From: a virus
Taxonomy: Duplodnaviria > Heunggongvirae > Uroviricota > Caudoviricetes
Virus record (IMG/VR): IMGVR_UViG_3300037418_003103
Strand: one strand, 5' to 3'
DNA: 64,000 bases
Part shown: positions 59,020 to 64,000 of the stretch, one piece after another
Layout: each line of letters begins with the position of its first letter
How positions within the stretch are numbered: position 1 is the first letter of the stretch
Notes under the pieces: model-generated
The model's input: only the letters and a program-made list of their open reading frames with translations
Database searches by the model: none
What the model was told of the DNA's origin: nothing
Made by a program: the position numbers and the translations under genes

Positions 59020-61035
59020 TTATTTCTTAGTAATTGCTCTTGTTTTTGCAAGTGCCGCACCTGGATCAGTTTTAAGCAAGCTATTAAACTGAGGCAAAAT
59101 AGCAAAAGGCTTCTTTGTAACAGGATCAAGGACTACGAAATTATCTGTTCCGAATTTACTCTTATAGACCTTATATTGTACCTCTTGTGGTGCTGACGGC
59201 GCATCAGGTATAGGATATGGGTCTTCGTCTTCATCGTCATTTGCATCATTTGATGTTGAGGTGATAGGTTGGTCATCCAATGCATTTACATCTGGCTCAG
59301 CGTCATCATCGAAATCAGTTGAGGTGTCATCAGCCTTGTAATAGCTATCTGTTTCTACATCATTATCCACATCGTTGTCAACATCATTATCCACATCGTT
59401 GTCGAAGTCTTCATTCATGCTAACATGCTTTTTAGCTTCAGATGCTTGTGTGATGCCAGCTTCTTCCCAATTTCCACTTTTCGGAGATGATGCGGTACCA
59501 TCCTTGGTTTGCAATTTCTTACCCGCTACCGCGCCGACTTCCTTTGAAGCAAAACCAACTGAATCATCTGAGTTTTTAACAACAGGCGCTTTTGGCGCTG
59601 TACCATTCTTGGTCTGTAATTTTTTACCTGCTACTGAACCAACTTCTGGAGCCAACCCAGGTTTTGTTTTTTCCCATTCTTGTGTTGAACTAGGCTTTTG
59701 ACCATCGATATTACCTGATGGTAATTTAGACTTTTTACCTGATGTGTTTCCAATTTCAGGAGCCTGATTAATGCCTGTTTTATCCCATTGAGCCGTTTTA
59801 GCTGGTTTAACGCTTTCAATATCTTCGGATTCAGTAATTTCTTCTTCTACATCATCCGTTTCATCTTCATCTTCTGTTAATAATTTCTTAGATTTACTCC
59901 AAATGTCTGAAAATATTTTATTTTCATCTATTCTATTAGAACCTTTAACAGATCCAAGAGTGTCTTCAGACTTATAATTAAATAAATCTTTCATACGCTG
60001 CATATCTTCATTTACAAGATTTTTATCTGATGCTATAAGAACAATCGCTCTACCCTCATTTACACTACCTTCCCATCTAATTTTATAGCTTTCATTACCG
60101 TCAGTCATTTCGAAAACTTTCTTATCAGTTTTATATGACTCTGGAATCAATTTTAATGCGTTTCCAACGCCATTAAAGTCTTTTTTAAATTTCAGTCTTT
60201 TCATTGTATCTTTTATTGATTTTTTATTATTTGTTTTATTTTCAGCAATGTTTATAGGTTCTTCTTTAGCTACACCTCTACCCCATGATGATGTGTCATC
60301 AGGATTAATACCTTGTTTCTCTAATGATTTTCTTGTTACTATTTTGATTTGACTCATTGGAATACCTAAATCCATGTCCTTTAAGTCCATCTTAGAATAA
60401 TATTTAATTTCATCATTATCAACACCAGCATAATCCCAGCCAGTTAAAATCTTACCAGTTTGTTTATCAATAGCAAAGTGTGTATTGATTGGGTCCTTTT
60501 CCCTCCTACCTTCATTAACTTTATTTTTTCCAAGAGGCATAATTTTATCTCCTAACTCAAAAGTTGGAACAAAGGCTTTTTTTCTTTTTTTCTTAGACGA
60601 TTCAACTCTCTTATTTAATTTCTTACCAAAATCGTCATCAGATGCACCCCATGTAGACTCAGTGTTTCCTCCCTGAGCGTTACCCAACTTTGAATCTCCT
60701 TCTATTGATTTCTTAAATCTATCAGTAAATTCTTTTCCTGCTTCACCATCATACTCAAGCATTTCCATGCCATTTAATGTTTCCATCTCAGAATGATAAT
60801 CCTCATCCTTCTTGTCTACGTAATTAAATTTATTGGTTGCCATTTTTGCCTTATCCTTATCTTCTTTTTTAAGGTCTTTGTCATAGGCTTCCATATCCTT
60901 CGCAGTAGCTTTATTAGCAGCTTTATTAATCTTACCATCTTCTTTATGAATCTTAGAAGTAACGCTAACACCAGGTGTTGCCGCCTCATTTAAGAATCTT
61001 GTAGCTAAATGTTTTTTGATTATGCTTTTATCCAT
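59020..61035 (-). CDS. Large charged protein with internal repeats; probable internal head/scaffold-type protein
   Basis: Late box; many L/I/V-x-E sites; (A)xEVG..(A)GKK repeats; acidic DNDV repeats. Confidence 0.6.
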   Translation of the reverse strand: MDKSIIKKHLATRFLNEAATPGVSVTSKIHKEDGKINKAANKATAKDMEAYDKDLKKEDKDKAKMATNKFNYVDKKDEDYHSEMETLNGMEMLEYDGEAGKEFTDRFKKSIEGDSKLGNAQGGNTESTWGASDDDFGKKLNKRVESSKKKRKKAFVPTFELGDKIMPLGKNKVNEGRREKDPINTHFAIDKQTGKILTGWDYAGVDNDEIKYYSKMDLKDMDLGIPMSQIKIVTRKSLEKQGINPDDTSSWGRGVAKEEPINIAENKTNNKKSIKDTMKRLKFKKDFNGVGNALKLIPESYKTDKKVFEMTDGNESYKIRWEGSVNEGRAIVLIASDKNLVNEDMQRMKDLFNYKSEDTLGSVKGSNRIDENKIFSDIWSKSKKLLTEDEDETDDVEEEITESEDIESVKPAKTAQWDKTGINQAPEIGNTSGKKSKLPSGNIDGQKPSSTQEWEKTKPGLAPEVGSVAGKKLQTKNGTAPKAPVVKNSDDSVGFASKEVGAVAGKKLQTKDGTASSPKSGNWEEAGITQASEAKKHVSMNEDFDNDVDNDVDNDVDNDVETDSYYKADDTSTDFDDDAEPDVNALDDQPITSTSNDANDDEDEDPYPIPDAPSAPQEVQYKVYKSKFGTDNFVVLDPVTKKPFAILPQFNSLLKTDPGAALAKTRAITKK
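59357..59403. repeat. 12/24-bp tandem repeat encoding (DNDV)4
   Basis: acatcattatccacatcgttgtc(a) x2. Confidence 0.85.
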
Positions 61036-61080
61036 TTTATTGTATATGTAAATAAATATCTAACTTTTTATTAAAATCAG

Positions 61081-63588
61081 TTATTCTTTAGAAATAACCG
61101 AGCCTGAACCTTTTTTAGTTTTAACAACCCCATCTACAGCTCCGCCGCTACACTTTCCATTCTGTGCCTCTTTATTGTTATTCAATTTTGTGCAATTATC
61201 TATTTCAACAAAGCTTCCTTTAGGATACTGAGTCTTAACCTGGGCTTGTGTTTTTCTAATCTTTTTAAACTTGCCTTCTCTTCCAATTCCTGGAAGTGCA
61301 TTTGCATCGTATGGTCCGCTTGAGCCACCATTAGCGGCTGAACCAGCAACAGGACCTTCTTTAAGTATGCTGCCTAATTCATCTTCGGGATAGAGGCTTT
61401 TTTTAATTACGCTAGTACTAGACATTGGTGCAGTAAACGGTCCACTTGAACCACCTGTTGACGCACCACCTGCAACAGTAGTTTCGTTCACACCTCCAAA
61501 ATACTCGGATAAAATTCGAACAATTTCCTTTGACTTATCATAAAGATTGATCAGCTCATTCTTTAAAGCCTCATCAATTTTTACAATTGGATCTCCTTCA
61601 TTAAATGATTTTATACCCTCTCCAACAGGAAGAAATTCGATCCTATCATTAATGTAATTCTGCAATACAAAACCGTCTATTTTAAAATCAGAATAAATGT
61701 CATCACTATGCTCATATCTATTTGCATAATCCTCAAAATCAGCATGAGATAAATCAGCATAATCAAACACGTATAACTGATTTGATTTATCCTTGACTAA
61801 AGCTATATCACCATTAAACACTATAACTTTAAAAACTATATTTTTTGGTATCTTAGCAGCTATTTCTGGATACTCTTGTGCATTCCATGGTGATGACTGA
61901 TCATTTTCTGTCCCAGGCGGATAATTGCTTTCATATTCTTCTATTTCTTGCTTTGGATGGCTCATTAAAACTTGTCCGTTCGGATCTTTAAATCTATTGC
62001 CACTCTTAGGTTCCTGCATGAATTTAACGACGCTATCTTCAACCGCCTTAACGGCCTCTTCTGGTTTTTTAAAAAATTTGCCTTTTAACTTGGTGGCCAA
62101 TTTATAAGCTCCTGCAGGAAGTGCAATGAGTAATCCCATGCCTGTCAAAAATTGTGATAAATCGCCCCATGTAATACCATTTCTTCTCCAGAAACTATCC
62201 AGTCCAGCCTGTGAAGGATTGTTATATATATCATGTATCAATTTCAAAACTGCCTGATGTAATTCAGGGCTAAATATATCCTCATTCAATTTAGACTTTA
62301 CTGATTCTTTAATAGGCATGATAAGCCTATTGTACTGTTCTACAGTGATTCTATATTTTTTATTAAGCTTCATTTCCTTCAGTAATTTTGCTTGATGTTC
62401 ATTTATTTTTATCTTTCTCATAGCGCCTTTTTTATTTTTTGCATTATTTCCTTTAGACTCTCTTACCTTAGTCAAAGCATAATCCTTATCTACATTATCG
62501 CTCCCGCCTAGTTTAGCAATATTCCGCATTTTATTGCCACTAATTATTATATTTTCGTGAATTGATTCTTGGCTGTTATTTTTAGATGAACTAATTTGTT
62601 TTATTTGACTTGAATCGAACACAATGAATTCTTTTTCATTGTTGCCCATATCTGAAATGATACCATCATATCCTTCGTTGCTAAGTATTTTATGTGCTTC
62701 ATCTGAATTAAGGCCGTCTCTTAAGTCATATAGCTCCCCAAGGCCAATCTCATCATTAATAAATTCTAAAGCGTCTTCATCCTTCATCGTTTGGCCAAAT
62801 AATATCTGAACTATAACGCCAGCTTGCTCTTTCTTAGTAAAAATAGATCTAAGTCTTAGATCAATAGGTTTTCTCATTAAGATATATGCCGCAATAACAC
62901 GACCGCCAAATTGATCAGTATTTTCTTTTTTATCTGAAAAGAAAATACCATGGATAGTATTATCATATCCTGTATTACTACCTTTTTTATTTAAATCAAA
63001 ATCATTGAATTCAGCATTTGTTGCGTGATAAACTATAATCGGATTTCCTTTACTATCTACTATTTTATTTCCGTCTGCTGCAGTGAATCCTTTAACGACG
63101 CTTTTTGTCTGCTCACCATGCATGGATTCTGATTTAATCGATTGGCTATTCTTACTCACTAACTTAACTTGTGATGGTTCAAAAATAACAGTCTGAAATG
63201 CAGGATATTTAGCCATTACTGAGTCAAAACCTTGTTCTTTCAAAAATTTAATGTCCTCAGCATTAATATGCTCTACTTCGATTTTTTTACCAGTATATGG
63301 ATTGGTTACATCGCTTACATATGTTCTATTGTCTATTATAAATGGCTTTCTAATATCAAGATATGCTTGGTACTTATTCTTACCATATTGCATCTGTGGA
63401 GGCGCTTCATGAAAATATATACCGCGATTAGTTAGTGAATGCTTTCTTGTGTATCCTTCACTATCTTGTCCTTTCATCTCTGAAAAATCTCCATCGGATG
63501 AATGATAAAAAATCTTTGGCCTTCCATCAAGTTTCAACATAGGTCTAAACCCATTATGTTCTATCTCTTTAAGCTGCTTTTGTACCAT
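61081..63588 (-). CDS. Large protein with two ART-PolyVal-like domains
   Basis: YHS..GIYF..YG..AYL.IRKP..GFDSV..VIFEPSQVK, then YHAT..GIFF..FG..AYI.MRKP..GYDGII..EFIVFDSSQIK. Confidence 0.7.
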   Translation of the reverse strand: MVQKQLKEIEHNGFRPMLKLDGRPKIFYHSSDGDFSEMKGQDSEGYTRKHSLTNRGIYFHEAPPQMQYGKNKYQAYLDIRKPFIIDNRTYVSDVTNPYTGKKIEVEHINAEDIKFLKEQGFDSVMAKYPAFQTVIFEPSQVKLVSKNSQSIKSESMHGEQTKSVVKGFTAADGNKIVDSKGNPIIVYHATNAEFNDFDLNKKGSNTGYDNTIHGIFFSDKKENTDQFGGRVIAAYILMRKPIDLRLRSIFTKKEQAGVIVQILFGQTMKDEDALEFINDEIGLGELYDLRDGLNSDEAHKILSNEGYDGIISDMGNNEKEFIVFDSSQIKQISSSKNNSQESIHENIIISGNKMRNIAKLGGSDNVDKDYALTKVRESKGNNAKNKKGAMRKIKINEHQAKLLKEMKLNKKYRITVEQYNRLIMPIKESVKSKLNEDIFSPELHQAVLKLIHDIYNNPSQAGLDSFWRRNGITWGDLSQFLTGMGLLIALPAGAYKLATKLKGKFFKKPEEAVKAVEDSVVKFMQEPKSGNRFKDPNGQVLMSHPKQEIEEYESNYPPGTENDQSSPWNAQEYPEIAAKIPKNIVFKVIVFNGDIALVKDKSNQLYVFDYADLSHADFEDYANRYEHSDDIYSDFKIDGFVLQNYINDRIEFLPVGEGIKSFNEGDPIVKIDEALKNELINLYDKSKEIVRILSEYFGGVNETTVAGGASTGGSSGPFTAPMSSTSVIKKSLYPEDELGSILKEGPVAGSAANGGSSGPYDANALPGIGREGKFKKIRKTQAQVKTQYPKGSFVEIDNCTKLNNNKEAQNGKCSGGAVDGVVKTKKGSGSVISKE

Positions 63589-63592
63589 AGAA

Positions 63593-63829
63593 CTAACTGC
63601 TTTTGTTTTTTAACCCATTACGCCACGTGTTTCTGTTAGTCCATAAACTTTTAAATAATTGAGTGATTACATTTTTACTGATCTCAACAACCTTGTCTTC
63701 AAACTCAGGATCATCCTTAATTCTATCCTTAACAATCCTGTTTATCTTCTCTTTAAATTCGGTTGCATTGATGTAATTTTTTATCTCCTTGTCCACATCA
63801 GCCTTGGTTATTTCTTCGTTTATTTTCAC
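63593..63829 (-). CDS. Small hypothetical late protein
   Basis: TATTTATA box upstream; first gene of the operon with 61081-63588. Confidence 0.55.
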   Translation of the reverse strand: MKINEEITKADVDKEIKNYINATEFKEKINRIVKDRIKDDPEFEDKVVEISKNVITQLFKSLWTNRNTWRNGLKNKSS

Positions 63830-64000
63830 TGTAGTAATTTAAGTTTATTATAAATATTATATCTTTAAGTAAACTTAATTTTTATGTATAAATAATTTTA
63901 CCCACCTCTGGTTTTAAACAGGGTGTTAATAATCATTTGGCTCAATGATTAATACATTTTTATTTTCGATGGTGATTACCATAAAATTATTTTAGTATTA

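Noticed and set aside
6035-63853. Most short ORFs antisense to or nested in larger genes (e.g. 6035-6484, 16237-16602, 59375-59701)
   Set aside because: Shadow ORFs of well-supported genes, with no motifs.
1-64000. Stop-codon reassignment (TAG/TGA) as in some large gut phages
   Set aside because: Conserved genes are full length in code 11, several end in TAG or TGA, and no suppressor tRNA was seen.
1-64000. CRISPR array or cas genes
   Set aside because: No regularly spaced repeats; the repeats found are tandem coding repeats or single duplications.
1-64000. Bacterial chromosome or prophage origin (ClpP, DnaJ, sigma-70, CobB present)
   Set aside because: Host-like genes are scattered among short phage-type ORFs on one strand, without their usual operon partners, and no integrase is seen.

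Overview
This is an AT-rich, gene-dense 64-kb segment, almost all on the minus strand, from a large (jumbo-type) lytic phage. The host is most likely Bacteroidota: TAnnTTTG -7 promoter boxes precede many genes, and the window has a T9SS-type cargo protein, an Hc1 histone-like protein and a DUF6580 gene. No capsid, terminase or replisome genes lie in the window. It holds (i) an RNA/tRNA repair set (Pnkp, intein-split Rnl1, Rnl2, two Pol-beta nucleotidyltransferases); (ii) NAD/ADP-ribose genes (adjacent PRS-like and NAMPT-like genes with the NARP1 layout, Sir2, NADAR, several ADP-ribosyltransferase-like proteins); (iii) other anti-defence and host-takeover candidates (Acb1-like 2H phosphoesterase, HD alarmone hydrolase, sigma-70, ClpP, DnaJ, two DNA MTases); (iv) a lysis cassette; and (v) a tRNA array at 43.5-49.1 kb invaded by two endonuclease genes. 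Top candidate new system: a 32-codon leader ORF plus an intrinsic terminator heads the tRNA array. Its codons 2-19 match the anticodon of every identifiable tRNA downstream, suggesting a ribosome-stalling attenuator that switches on the phage tRNAs when host tRNAs are destroyed. The array also holds a 39-nt CCA-ended minihelix, a D-armless tRNA-Ile(UAU)-like RNA and two matching uORF-hairpin switches. All protein calls come from motif recognition by eye; no searches were run.
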